Part shown: one piece after another, positions 48,003 to 56,952 of the stretch | Numbering within the stretch: position 1 is the first letter of the stretch | Layout of the letters: every line of letters starts with the position of its first letter | Source of the DNA: a virus | IMG/VR virus record: IMGVR_UViG_3300047440_000809 | Span: 1-64,000 of that record | Length of the DNA stretch: 64,000 nt | Direction: 5' to 3' (one strand) | Translations under genes and position numbers: made by a program | The notes under the pieces: generated by a model | Told to the model about the DNA's origin: nothing | Databases searched by the model: none | Seen by the model: only the letters and a program-made list of their open reading frames with translations

Positions 48003-48316
48003 GTCCCCCACCCCTCTACGTGCAGCGGCACCCGCCATGGGATCTCGGCTACCATCCGGTCGCGCGCTTCGTATCGCACCATCACCGCGTCGTACCCGCG
48101 GTCCATCGTGACCCGAGCGGCCCGCGCGCCGCAGCGCCGCCAGTTGCACGTGGGGCAGTGGCAGGGGTTGGTCAGCGAGGATGCGGCGTCGTGCTCGGGG
48201 AGGCGGTTGATGATTCGACGAGACGTGATGACGTCGAGAGCGGCCGTGCGGGCGTTCGCTAACCCGTGGGCGAGCTTGAGCGTGGCAGCGCGGTAGTAGA
48301 GGTCGTGGATGGTCAT
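47999..48316 (-). CDS. Hypothetical protein
   Basis: Coupled; CHCPTC. Confidence 0.5.
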   Translation of the reverse strand: MTIHDLYYRAATLKLAHGLANARTAALDVITSRRIINRLPEHDAASSLTNPCHCPTCNWRRCGARAARVTMDRGYDAVMVRYEARDRMVAEIPWRVPLHVEGWGT

Positions 48317-48666
48317 GTGGCACCTCGGCAGACTGGACAGGGATCCACGGCGTGCCCGCGGAACGTCAGGACACGAATCTTGCCGTCCGGCGTGGTGATG
48401 CGCTTCGTGACCTCGGGGCCTTTCGGCGGCAGACCGAACGTTGCATTCCACCACAGGCAACCGCCGAGTAGGCATGCGGCGTTGCGCTTAGCCTCGACCA
48501 CCGGCAGACGATCGAACGCCCCTCTGACGTGCAACACGTGCCCAACAACGTCTCTCCAGCCGTCAGGCCACTGCACGGCGACGATGCGCCCACGGGCGAG
48601 CGCGACGGCGAGCGCGGGCGACCCGAGGTGGGTGAACATCACGGAGTCTGCTACGCCGACGATCAC
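48313..48666 (-). CDS. Hypothetical protein
   Basis: Coupled ORF. Confidence 0.5.
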   Translation of the reverse strand: MIVGVADSVMFTHLGSPALAVALARGRIVAVQWPDGWRDVVGHVLHVRGAFDRLPVVEAKRNAACLLGGCLWWNATFGLPPKGPEVTKRITTPDGKIRVLTFRGHAVDPCPVCRGAT

Positions 48667-48959
48667 AGCGGCCTCACCGTCACGTAGGCGCTCGGCGGCG
48701 AGCGCAGCCCGGTGATGACATGCCAGCGGCCGTCCAGCTCGATGAGGTAACCGAACGGCGTCTCGGCTGGCAGCACCGTGTCGAGCTGGACGTGGACGTC
48801 CGGCCGGCGGCCGTTGTCGATATGGAGGACGACCCGGAGGATCTTCACGATGTGAATCCCGGGCAGCCGCACACGAACGTGCCAGATGGACCTGCGCTGT
48901 AGCGCGCGGTACAGCGCCGCCCACGATGGCGCGTCTTGAGGTGACGACACCGCAGACAC
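48663..48959 (-). CDS. Hypothetical protein
   Basis: Coupled ORF. Confidence 0.5.
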   Translation of the reverse strand: MSAVSSPQDAPSWAALYRALQRRSIWHVRVRLPGIHIVKILRVVLHIDNGRRPDVHVQLDTVLPAETPFGYLIELDGRWHVITGLRSPPSAYVTVRPL

Positions 48960-48975
48960 TTCTTCTCGCGCGGCT

Positions 48976-49332
48976 TCACGACTTGGCCTTCAAACGAAAT
49001 CCCGCCTGTGCAGCCAGCAAGCCGAAGCGCCAGCCGTGGGTCTTCGAACAGAACGTGCCATCGCCGTTCGGACCGGGCTGTGTGTAGCGGTGCTTGCGGC
49101 TCACCACCTGACGGCGCCCGGCGTGCCCCGCGCGGCAGTCGGGGTCAGCACAGCGCCAATCCTCGGGCTCCCCTTTGAACTTCGTCGACTTGCAGGAGAA
49201 GGGCAGGTTGACGCCCTCATCGTAGTTCGACCGGCGAGCACCACAGATGCGCGGAGGCCGAGTTGCGTCTACGAAGTACGTCGTGTCGCAGACCCAACCG
49301 AGCTTCTTCTTGCAGTAGAGACAGTGGGCCAT
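48976..49332 (-). CDS. Cys-rich hypothetical protein
   Basis: CLYC...FCSKTHG. Confidence 0.6.
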   Translation of the reverse strand: MAHCLYCKKKLGWVCDTTYFVDATRPPRICGARRSNYDEGVNLPFSCKSTKFKGEPEDWRCADPDCRAGHAGRRQVVSRKHRYTQPGPNGDGTFCSKTHGWRFGLLAAQAGFRLKAKS

Positions 49333-49655
49333 CAGACGCGCTCCAGTCGGCGGGCCCACCGCCGTGCGAACCGCCGGCGCTCTTCTGCGTTGACGTGTGT
49401 TCCTGGGTCAGTCGAAAGCCGTCGCAGCGACGTCGCGAGACACCCGCGGCGGCGGTAGCTGTAGCAGAGCGCCAACAGATTGCTAGCGGCCAACTCGGCC
49501 GCAGTGTGCCGCACGCCAGCGTGCGCGTTGACGCAAGCGTCGATCGGATCGACCGAGTTCTCGTACTTGCGTCGTGCACTGACAAGCTTCTGCGCCCAGG
49601 CGGGCCTTGGCTGCTTGGACTCCCAGAAGTCCAGATGCACTTGAGAAATCGTCAT
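49332..49655 (-). CDS. Hypothetical protein
   Basis: First gene after the sigma54-like promoter. Confidence 0.55.
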   Translation of the reverse strand: MTISQVHLDFWESKQPRPAWAQKLVSARRKYENSVDPIDACVNAHAGVRHTAAELAASNLLALCYSYRRRGCLATSLRRLSTDPGTHVNAEERRRFARRWARRLERV

Positions 49656-49668
49656 GCGCCAACAATAC

Positions 49669-49684
49669 AGCAACCTCCATGCCA
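49669..49684 (-). promoter_or_regulatory. sigma54-like -24/-12 promoter
   Basis: TGGCATGGAGGTTGCT (GG-N10-GC). Confidence 0.6.
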
Positions 49685-49814
49685 CGCAAGCTTATCCTAT
49701 ATCAGCATCGCCACACACCCTCCTGATATCACTTCGCCACACCCTCTCCGCCACACCCGTGCTGATATCGCCACAGCAATCCCGAGTTCTCACCACACAA
49801 AAAGAACTTGGCGA

Positions 49815-49830
49815 TGGCCCGCGCCTTGCT
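49815..49830 (+). promoter_or_regulatory. sigma54-like -24/-12 promoter
   Basis: TGGCCCGCGCCTTGCT. Confidence 0.55.
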
Positions 49831-49879
49831 GTACTGTTGGCTCGTCGGGCGGCAGCAAACTTCAACCAGGGAGATAGAG

Positions 49880-51034
49880 ATGAACAACAGGATCATTCAC
49901 GCGGCGCTTTTCACCCCCACCCCCGAAGGCTTCTGGGGCCTCCCCACCCTGGGCTGGGGCAAGCCGGGCACCGGCAAGACCAAAGGCATCGGCGCCGCCG
50001 CCGCTGCGGCCAACCTCCCCTTCTACCGGCTGTCACCGGCCGAGGCAGGCGAGGGACAGTTCGGCGTGGTCCCGGTCCCGGGCGCGGACGGCTTCCTCCA
50101 CTACCCGGCGCCCGAGTGGGTGCAGAAGTTCAACACGGGCCGAGGCGGCGTGCTCTTCGTGGACGAGATCTCCACCGCCCCGCCGGCGCTCCAGGCGCCG
50201 CTTCTCGGGCTCGTGCAGCTCCGCGTGATCGGGGCGTACACCTTCGGGCCGCGGGTGCGCATCATCGCCGCCGCCAACGAGACCCAGGACGCCGCGGGCG
50301 GCTGGGACCTCGCTCCCGCGCTCGCCAACCGCTTCGGGCACTTCGACTTCGAGGGGCTCTCTTCCACCGACTGGGTCACGGGGCTCCTGGGGGGCTTCGC
50401 CAACACGGACGACACCCAGCACGTTGACGCCGAGGCCGAAGAGGCCCGCGTCATGCGCGAATGGCCGAGCGCCATCGCGATGGCCCGGGGGCTCGTCGCC
50501 GCGTTCATCAAGGTCCGCCCCGAGCTGCTGCACAAGCAGCCGTCGCGCGCCAGCAACAACACGAGTCGTGCGTGGCCGTCACACCGGTCGGTCGAGTACG
50601 CCACCCACGCCCTGGCGAGTGCCCGCGTGCACGGGCTCAACGAGGTCGACGCGGACGAGTTCGTGGGGGGCTTCGTGGGCCTCGCCTGGGTGACCGAGTT
50701 CGCCACCTTCCGCCAGAACCTCGACCTGCCCGACCCCGCCGAGCTGCTGGACGGCAAGGTGACGTTCGAGCACAAGTCCCGCCGCCTCGACCGCACGATG
50801 GCCGTGCTGTCCTCGATCGCCGCCCTGGTGGTGCCCGAGAACGCCACGAAGCGCAAGGAGCGGGGCAACGCCGCCTGGCGGATCATCGAGACCGTGGTCA
50901 AGGACTCGGCGGACGTGGCGATGCCTGCCGCCACCGCCCTGGCGCGGGCCCGGATGGTCGGCCCCGACTTCCCCGCCCACAAGGGGCCCCTGTCGAAGCT
51001 GTTCCCCACCATGAAAGAGGCGAAGGTCGCGTAG
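49880..51034 (+). CDS. MoxR-like AAA+ ATPase
   Basis: WGKPGTGKT, LFVDEISTAPP, AAAN, PALANRF. Confidence 0.88.
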   Translation: MNNRIIHAALFTPTPEGFWGLPTLGWGKPGTGKTKGIGAAAAAANLPFYRLSPAEAGEGQFGVVPVPGADGFLHYPAPEWVQKFNTGRGGVLFVDEISTAPPALQAPLLGLVQLRVIGAYTFGPRVRIIAAANETQDAAGGWDLAPALANRFGHFDFEGLSSTDWVTGLLGGFANTDDTQHVDAEAEEARVMREWPSAIAMARGLVAAFIKVRPELLHKQPSRASNNTSRAWPSHRSVEYATHALASARVHGLNEVDADEFVGGFVGLAWVTEFATFRQNLDLPDPAELLDGKVTFEHKSRRLDRTMAVLSSIAALVVPENATKRKERGNAAWRIIETVVKDSADVAMPAATALARARMVGPDFPAHKGPLSKLFPTMKEAKVA

Positions 51035-51039
51035 GCGGC

Positions 51040-51070
51040 TCCTGATATCAGGACTGGCATCAGACCTGCA
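51040..51070 (+). promoter_or_regulatory. TCCTGATATCAGGA palindrome followed by sigma54-like promoter
   Basis: Perfect 14-bp palindrome then TGGCATCAGACCTGCA. Confidence 0.6.
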
Positions 51071-51083
51071 AAGGATGGGGACC

Positions 51084-52457
51084 ATGGCACTCGACGCACG
51101 AAGCAAGCTGGCAGCTGCAATCATCCGGGTGGTGGGCGTGGACCCCTACAACACCGACGCCAACAAGCGCGGGCTGGCTCCGTACTTCGGGGCCATCCTG
51201 CGCGGGTTGGTACGGCGCGAGGCCCCCGGGCTCGGCACCATCGGCGTGTCCAAGGTCGGGGTGCTCTACTGGGACCCCGCCTTCGTGGACAAGACCACCA
51301 CCGAGGAGCTGTCCGCGGGGCTCATCCACGAGGTCATGCACGTGGCGCTCAAGCACTGCCAGCGCTTCGAGGACATGGGCGTGGTCGCGGAGGCGACCTC
51401 GGACCAGGGTGCCAAGGCGTTCATCGCGAACATGGCGGCCGACCTCGCAATCAACCCGGACGTCGAGAAGATGGCGGCGCTGCCGAAGGGCGGTCTGTTC
51501 CCCAAGGACTTCGACCTGCCGGACGGGCTCGTGATGGAGGAGTATTACCGGCTGCTGCTCAAGCAGGCCGAGGAGCAACAGCAGCAGGATGGCGGCGGGG
51601 GACAGGGCGAAGAGGACGGTGAGGGCGAGGACGGTGAGGGACAAGGGCAAGGCAACAAGCAGGGCAAGCCCGCGGTCGGGAAGGGCTGGTGCGGATCGTG
51701 CGCCGGCCACCCGCTGCCCCAGGAGCCCGCGGCGCAGGGCAAGAAGGACGAGGAGGGACGCAGCGAGGCCGACATGGAGCGCTTCCGCAAGCAGAGCGCG
51801 GAGGCCGTGCGGGAGGCGGCGCAGAAGAACCGGGGGTTCGTGCCGGACTCGCTCAAGGTCTGGGCCGACCAGATCCTCTCGCCCCCGAAGATCCCGTGGC
51901 GGGAGAAGCTGGCGCGCATCGTGCGCGGGGCGGTCGCCTACAAGAGCGGCGCGGTGGACCTCACCTGGAAGCGCCCGAGCCGGCGGCAGGCAGGCGTGGG
52001 CTACGGCATCGGGCGGCCCATCGTGCCGGCGATGCACGCGCCCGTGCCGGACGTGGCGGTGGTCGTGGACACGAGCGGGAGTATGGGCGACAGCGACCTC
52101 GCGGCGGCCGCGTCCGAGCTGGGCGGCGTGCTCGACGCGGTAGGCGCCAAGGTCACGGTGGTCGCCTGTGACGCCGAGGTACACGGGCTCCGCGAGTGCA
52201 AGACCATCCACGAGGCGGTGGAGCTGTTCGTGGGCGGGGGCGGCACCTCGATGGAGCCGGCGATGCAGGCGCTCCTGGAGAAGCGGCCTCAGCCGAGCGT
52301 CGTCATCATCTGCACGGACGGACACATCGGGGACGGGTACTTGAAGCACGAGCCGCCCTACAAGGTGATCTGGTGCGTGGTCGGGGCGGGCGGCAACACG
52401 GAGCCGTGCCCCTACGGGGACGTGGTGGTCGTGGACGACAGCGCGGTGCAGTCATGA
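51084..52457 (+). CDS. DUF2201-like metallopeptidase plus VWA-domain protein
   Basis: HEVMH, ADLAIN, VDTSGSM, GGGGT, TDG. Confidence 0.88.
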   Translation: MALDARSKLAAAIIRVVGVDPYNTDANKRGLAPYFGAILRGLVRREAPGLGTIGVSKVGVLYWDPAFVDKTTTEELSAGLIHEVMHVALKHCQRFEDMGVVAEATSDQGAKAFIANMAADLAINPDVEKMAALPKGGLFPKDFDLPDGLVMEEYYRLLLKQAEEQQQQDGGGGQGEEDGEGEDGEGQGQGNKQGKPAVGKGWCGSCAGHPLPQEPAAQGKKDEEGRSEADMERFRKQSAEAVREAAQKNRGFVPDSLKVWADQILSPPKIPWREKLARIVRGAVAYKSGAVDLTWKRPSRRQAGVGYGIGRPIVPAMHAPVPDVAVVVDTSGSMGDSDLAAAASELGGVLDAVGAKVTVVACDAEVHGLRECKTIHEAVELFVGGGGTSMEPAMQALLEKRPQPSVVIICTDGHIGDGYLKHEPPYKVIWCVVGAGGNTEPCPYGDVVVVDDSAVQS

Positions 52458-52948
52458 TCCGCGACGTCAACAACTCCGACCTCGACAAGGCACTCCGCCG
52501 CCTGCGGAATCGCCTGACGAAGCTGCCCGCCACCACCGACCGTCCCATTGCTCGCCGCAACGCCCGGCGCTCGGTGCTCTCGGCCATGAGCCTGCTGAGG
52601 GCGGCAGTCGATCGGCTCTACCCGGCCATCGTCGAGCGCAAGGAGGTCGTGCGGCTCAAGACCACGAAGGGCCGGCTCGACCGCATCCGGAAGGCGGGCT
52701 GGCGGGACGTCCCAGGCGACCCCGAGGATATCGCGCAGTACGCGGCGGCCGGGGTGCGCGTGCGGCGCATCGTCATCAAGGATCCGGTTGGTCCGCTTCA
52801 GCCCCGCGATTACGTAACTCGTACCTTCTGGTTCGTGCCCGGTTGGGCGGCGGCCATTGGGTCCGACAAGCATCGCGAGCTGGCCGAGGCCAAGCGGTCG
52901 CGGACGGCACAGCGTGCCGCCCTTGCGGCGGAGGCGCTCACCACGTAG
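52454..52948 (+). CDS. Hypothetical basic protein
   Basis: Coupled ORF. Confidence 0.65.
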   Translation: MIRDVNNSDLDKALRRLRNRLTKLPATTDRPIARRNARRSVLSAMSLLRAAVDRLYPAIVERKEVVRLKTTKGRLDRIRKAGWRDVPGDPEDIAQYAAAGVRVRRIVIKDPVGPLQPRDYVTRTFWFVPGWAAAIGSDKHRELAEAKRSRTAQRAALAAEALTT

Positions 52949-52952
52949 CTCG

Positions 52953-52987
52953 TGATATCAGGACTTGTACCTGGCATTCAGTTTGCT
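52953..52987 (+). promoter_or_regulatory. TGATATCA box followed by sigma54-like promoter
   Basis: TGATATCAGGA...TGGCATTCAGTTTGCT. Confidence 0.6.
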
Positions 52988-53014
52988 AATCTGTTGGCAC
53001 GGAGGGAGATAGAG

Positions 53015-53932
53015 ATGAGCACAGCAAGAGTAACCGATTACGTCATCACCCCGGAGGCGGTCGAGACCGCCGGGTGCGTCACCTACTGGCGCGTGTCGGG
53101 CGACGTCAACATCGATGCGTTCACCAAGGCGTGGATCGACGCGGGCCTGGACGCGAAGTTCCTGCGCAAGGCGCCGGAGCCTGCGACCGCGCTGCGCCGT
53201 GCGGTCCTGGGCCTCGCTGATCGGAAGGCGGTCGGCGAGACGAAGGAAATCCGCACGCTCGTGCGTCCGCAGCAGGAGCCCCACTCCTGGGCGGTCGTCA
53301 CCGAGGTCGTGGAGAAGGGCGAGGCGCCACGGTACAGCACGCAAGTCATCGTCAGCTTCGTGGATGGTCACCCCCAGTTCGAGACGCTCACCCACAGCGA
53401 GGAGGACGCGTCGAACATCAGCGCTCGCGTCCTCCTCGCCTACAACAGCCAGCAGGGCTCGTTCGCCACGGAGGACATCACGGGCTGGCTGGTCAAGCTG
53501 GCGCGCCTCCAGGGCGCCATCACCCTGCGCGAGTCGGGCGGCGTCTACTTCATCCCCCGTCCGTCGATGGACTTCTGGACGAAGGCCGCCGACGTGGTCG
53601 AGGCGGTATCGGGCAAGGGCCATCAGGTCTTCCGCATCCCGGCCATGAAGAACTCAGAGGCCGTGGCCGCCATCGTGGACGCGATCCAGGCCGAGGCCGC
53701 CAAGGTCGCCGAGACGATGGAGGAGGAGCTGCTCGCGACCGGCGACGACCAGCTCGGCAAGCGCGCCGTCAAGACCCGGCAGACGGACGTCGAGGCGCTG
53801 CTCGGCAAGCTCGCCGACTACGAGACCCTGCTCGGTCTCCAGCTCGACGTGCGGGCGCGGGTCGAGGCGCTCCAGGCCAACCTCGCGGCGGCGGCCATGT
53901 TGGCGCTGCCGGGAGAGGCGGTGTCGTCGTGA
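53015..53932 (+). CDS. DUF6744/DUF3150-like protein
   Basis: GCVTYW, TLRESGGVYFIP, YETLLG; same leader GGGAGATAGAGATGA as the MoxR gene. Confidence 0.65.
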   Translation: MSTARVTDYVITPEAVETAGCVTYWRVSGDVNIDAFTKAWIDAGLDAKFLRKAPEPATALRRAVLGLADRKAVGETKEIRTLVRPQQEPHSWAVVTEVVEKGEAPRYSTQVIVSFVDGHPQFETLTHSEEDASNISARVLLAYNSQQGSFATEDITGWLVKLARLQGAITLRESGGVYFIPRPSMDFWTKAADVVEAVSGKGHQVFRIPAMKNSEAVAAIVDAIQAEAAKVAETMEEELLATGDDQLGKRAVKTRQTDVEALLGKLADYETLLGLQLDVRARVEALQANLAAAAMLALPGEAVSS

Positions 53933-54393
53933 CCATCACCGCCGATACGACGACAGGCGAGCTGGAGAGAGTGTTTGCATACCTCCGGTGCCCCTTCCGC
54001 GTCATCCCGCGCCGTCTGAGCGGAGGCGGCTTCACCTTCATCATCCAGGTGCAGGTGCCGGGCGGTAGCGCCACGTTCTCCAACGCCTCGTTCGCGGCGG
54101 CGCTCGACAGCTCCATCGCTTTCATGACGTTGCAGAAGCACGAGCGGGTCGCCACAGCCACCGCTGACCCGGAGGGCGCGCGCGTCGGCCCGGCGCCGAT
54201 GCCCGATCCCACACGGGTTGGCTACGCGACCGCCCCCGCCCACTGCGCGGCGTGCGGGCACGGGGAGGACTCGGGCACGAGCTACAACCCGCTCGAACCG
54301 TGCATCAACTGCGGCGCCTCCACGCCGTGCACGTTGCCGAACGGCCACGAGGACGGCCAGCACAGGGTGCATGAGGAAGAGGCCGTACAGTGA
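53929..54393 (+). CDS. Hypothetical protein with Cys/His C-terminus
   Basis: CAAC, CINC, CTLPNGHEDGQH. Confidence 0.55.
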   Translation: MTITADTTTGELERVFAYLRCPFRVIPRRLSGGGFTFIIQVQVPGGSATFSNASFAAALDSSIAFMTLQKHERVATATADPEGARVGPAPMPDPTRVGYATAPAHCAACGHGEDSGTSYNPLEPCINCGASTPCTLPNGHEDGQHRVHEEEAVQ

Positions 54394-54584
54394 CCTTCAC
54401 CGGCGTCAAGACCTTCACGGGGACGACCTCGGGCGCGCGGGAGACACTCGGGGACAAGTTCAACCTCTGGCTGCGTCAGCACCGCGAGGTCGAGGTGGTC
54501 GAGACGCGCGTTCTCCAGTCGTCAGATAACGCGTACCATTGCTTGACGATCATATGCTTCTACAACACCAAGGAGTCGTCATGA
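54390..54584 (+). CDS. Conserved small protein of a myxobacterial-type family
   Basis: FTGVKTF...LGD...WL...QSSDNAYHCLTIICFY. Confidence 0.75.
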   Translation: MTFTGVKTFTGTTSGARETLGDKFNLWLRQHREVEVVETRVLQSSDNAYHCLTIICFYNTKESS

Positions 54585-55246
54585 ACTTCTTCAGGGACAC
54601 CTCGATCGGGTTCGGCGTCATGTTCACGCTCGTGCTCCTCTGCATGCTCGGCTGCGGGTCCGTGGATGCGCTGGCAGTGCCAGACGGCGGGGGCGAGGCA
54701 GCGGCGGGCAGCGGTGGCGCAGGCGGAGCGGCAGGGACGATGGGCATGGGCGGCTCGACGGGCGGCAGCATGGCCGGAGCCGGCGGGGGCGCCGCGGGCG
54801 CAAGTGGCGGAGCTACCGGTGCGGCAGGATCGGCCGGGCTGCCGCTCGGGGCTGCGTGCACGGCGAACAGCGCATGCAGCGCGCCGCACATCTGCGCGGC
54901 CGACGTCAACGGTGGGATGGCCTGCTGCGACGGGCACCCCGATGCCTGCAACGCGTGCGTGCAGGGCCACCTCCAGCCGGTAGCGGACGGCACGCTGTGC
55001 GGATCGGCGCCGCCGCCGGGGACCATCATCTGCACCGGCACGTACACGATGGCGCCGGGCAACATCGAAGTCTACCCGTCGATCAGCGCCAACGCGTGCA
55101 CGGGCGGAACGTGCGGCCCCGCGGTCCTGTCGTGCGCCAGCCAGGTCACGTGCCCGTCCGGACTGCACCCTGGATGCCGCGTGGACATCCTCTCCAGCGG
55201 CCCGGCCAAGATGGAAGGGGCGGGCTGCGGCTGCGCGATGTACTGA
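54581..55246 (+). CDS. Cys-rich lipoprotein with Gly/Ala linker
   Basis: Signal peptide with LGC lipobox, GGAGG linker, many Cys. Confidence 0.75.
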   Translation: MNFFRDTSIGFGVMFTLVLLCMLGCGSVDALAVPDGGGEAAAGSGGAGGAAGTMGMGGSTGGSMAGAGGGAAGASGGATGAAGSAGLPLGAACTANSACSAPHICAADVNGGMACCDGHPDACNACVQGHLQPVADGTLCGSAPPPGTIICTGTYTMAPGNIEVYPSISANACTGGTCGPAVLSCASQVTCPSGLHPGCRVDILSSGPAKMEGAGCGCAMY

Positions 55247-55455
55247 AATGGGTCTTGGCAAGGACGATCAAGGGCGCCGGCGCCCGTGGCGCGAAGTCGT
55301 GCACATCGATGACCGTGACACACGCGGTGGTGGATCGTGCTGGTTCTTGACGCTCGCGTGTGGCCACTACAAGACGGTGTCGGTGCCGCTGGCGAGCAAT
55401 CCGTTCAGAGGGATACTGTGCCGGCCGCCTCGTGCCCCCTTCCGCGTCCGCTGTA

Positions 55456-56355
55456 TTAGCTGCCCGTCCGAAGCCGATACGCCAGCTCCACCGCCGGCCG
55501 CGCGTCCTCGATCCCATGGCCGCGCCCGGCGAGCGTCTCGCGGTATACGGTCGAGTGGAGATTCTCGAAGCCAATGAGCTGCGTGCGGTATCCGTCCATG
55601 TCGATGTAGCGTTCCGCCTCGCCGTTCGCTGCATCCTGCCCATCGATCGAGAGTAGCCACTCTACGTTTGCGCGTTCGAGCCGCAATACTCCCCTAGCGC
55701 GCGTTGCGGATCGCTGGACGTTCGCGATGGACTCGCCGGGGCCGAACAGCCACAGCAGAAGGTCGAGCATATGGATGCCGATGTTCGTGATGAGCCCACC
55801 GCTCTTCTCCTCAGCACCCTTCCAGCTTCGCGCGTACCAGCGGCCGCGCGGCGTGACGTAGTGGAGCTTCACCTGATCCGCACGGCGTGTACCAGGAAGA
55901 CGAAGGGACTGACGTAGCGCTTTTAGCTTCTCTGCATGTCGGAGCTGCAAGACAGTGAAGACGCGCCGCTGGTCTTCTGCGCCGAGCCCGAACGCTGTCT
56001 CCACGTCGCTGAGCGCATCCAGGTTCTTCGGGTCGAGCACGAGCGGCTTCTCGCAGATCACCCGAGCACCAGCGCGCAGCCCGAGGCGCACGTGCGTGTC
56101 GTGCAGGTGATTCGGTGAGCACACCGAAAGCCAGTCGATGCCGTTGCCCTCGCGCCGCAGCTTCTCCAGGTGACGCTCGAACCGCTCGGGCTCAGTGAAG
56201 AACTCCGTGTCGCGATCGAACCTGTCTAGCACCCCCACCGCATCGTGGAGGTCGAGCGCGGCCACGAGCTTGCCGCCGACGTCCTTGATGGCCTGTAGGT
56301 GGCGGGGGGCGACGAAGCCGGCGGCGCCGATGAGCGCGAAGCGCGGGGGGGTCAC
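55456..56355 (-). CDS. Gfo/Idh/MocA oxidoreductase, WbpB/WlbA-like UDP-GlcNAcA 3-dehydrogenase
   Basis: FALIGAAGFVAPRHLQAI, CSPNHLH, CEKPL, KSGGLITNIGIH. Confidence 0.85.
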   Translation of the reverse strand: MTPPRFALIGAAGFVAPRHLQAIKDVGGKLVAALDLHDAVGVLDRFDRDTEFFTEPERFERHLEKLRREGNGIDWLSVCSPNHLHDTHVRLGLRAGARVICEKPLVLDPKNLDALSDVETAFGLGAEDQRRVFTVLQLRHAEKLKALRQSLRLPGTRRADQVKLHYVTPRGRWYARSWKGAEEKSGGLITNIGIHMLDLLLWLFGPGESIANVQRSATRARGVLRLERANVEWLLSIDGQDAANGEAERYIDMDGYRTQLIGFENLHSTVYRETLAGRGHGIEDARPAVELAYRLRTGS

Positions 56356-56744
56356 GCCGGCACCGGAGGCGCCAGGAGCGCCTGCTCGCCCTTGAGCGCC
56401 AACGATGTCTCCTCGATCAGGTCGTCCTTGGCGCGAATGACCTCATCGGCTACCCCGGGGCGCCTCACGACGATGAACAGCTCGCGCCAGATGATCGTGA
56501 CCATCTCCGGGTCAGCGCACTTGGCGTACTCCCCGAGCCACCATGCCCCGTTACCGGTCGAGCGGCTGTACGGCTCGTGCCGCCTCCAGACCTTGCCGAT
56601 AACGGTGCCTGACGGGACGGTGCAGGAGTAGTCGTCGAGGTCTTCGAGGTGTTCGAGCGGGATCGTGGCTGTCTTCTCGTCCAGCTTGAGCCCGAGATCG
56701 ACGAGCTTCTGCTTCCACTTCTCCTCTTCCTTCGTCCAGTCCAT
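56352..56744 (-). CDS. Hypothetical protein
   Basis: DYSCTVPSGTVIGKVWRR. Confidence 0.6.
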   Translation of the reverse strand: MDWTKEEEKWKQKLVDLGLKLDEKTATIPLEHLEDLDDYSCTVPSGTVIGKVWRRHEPYSRSTGNGAWWLGEYAKCADPEMVTIIWRELFIVVRRPGVADEVIRAKDDLIEETSLALKGEQALLAPPVPA

Positions 56745-56802
56745 GGCGCTCAGCCTATCCCATTGACGCTGTGCCAACAATACAGCATCATCGGTGACTG
56801 GC

Positions 56803-56952
56803 ATGGAGAAAAAGACGACGACGATCACCATTCGCCTCACCGTGGAGCTGAAGACTCAGATCTACGAGGCGATGGCACGCGAGCGTCGCAGCCTGACCAA
56901 CTTCGTCGTGTGTGCGCTAGAAGATCGAATCGCGGCCAAGAAGGACAGCTAG
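56803..56952 (+). CDS. Ribbon-helix-helix regulator (absent from ORF track)
   Basis: MEKKTTTITIRLTVELKTQIYEAMARERRSLTNFVVCALEDRI; upstream TTGACG-N17-CATCAT. Confidence 0.8.
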   Translation: MEKKTTTITIRLTVELKTQIYEAMARERRSLTNFVVCALEDRIAAKKDS

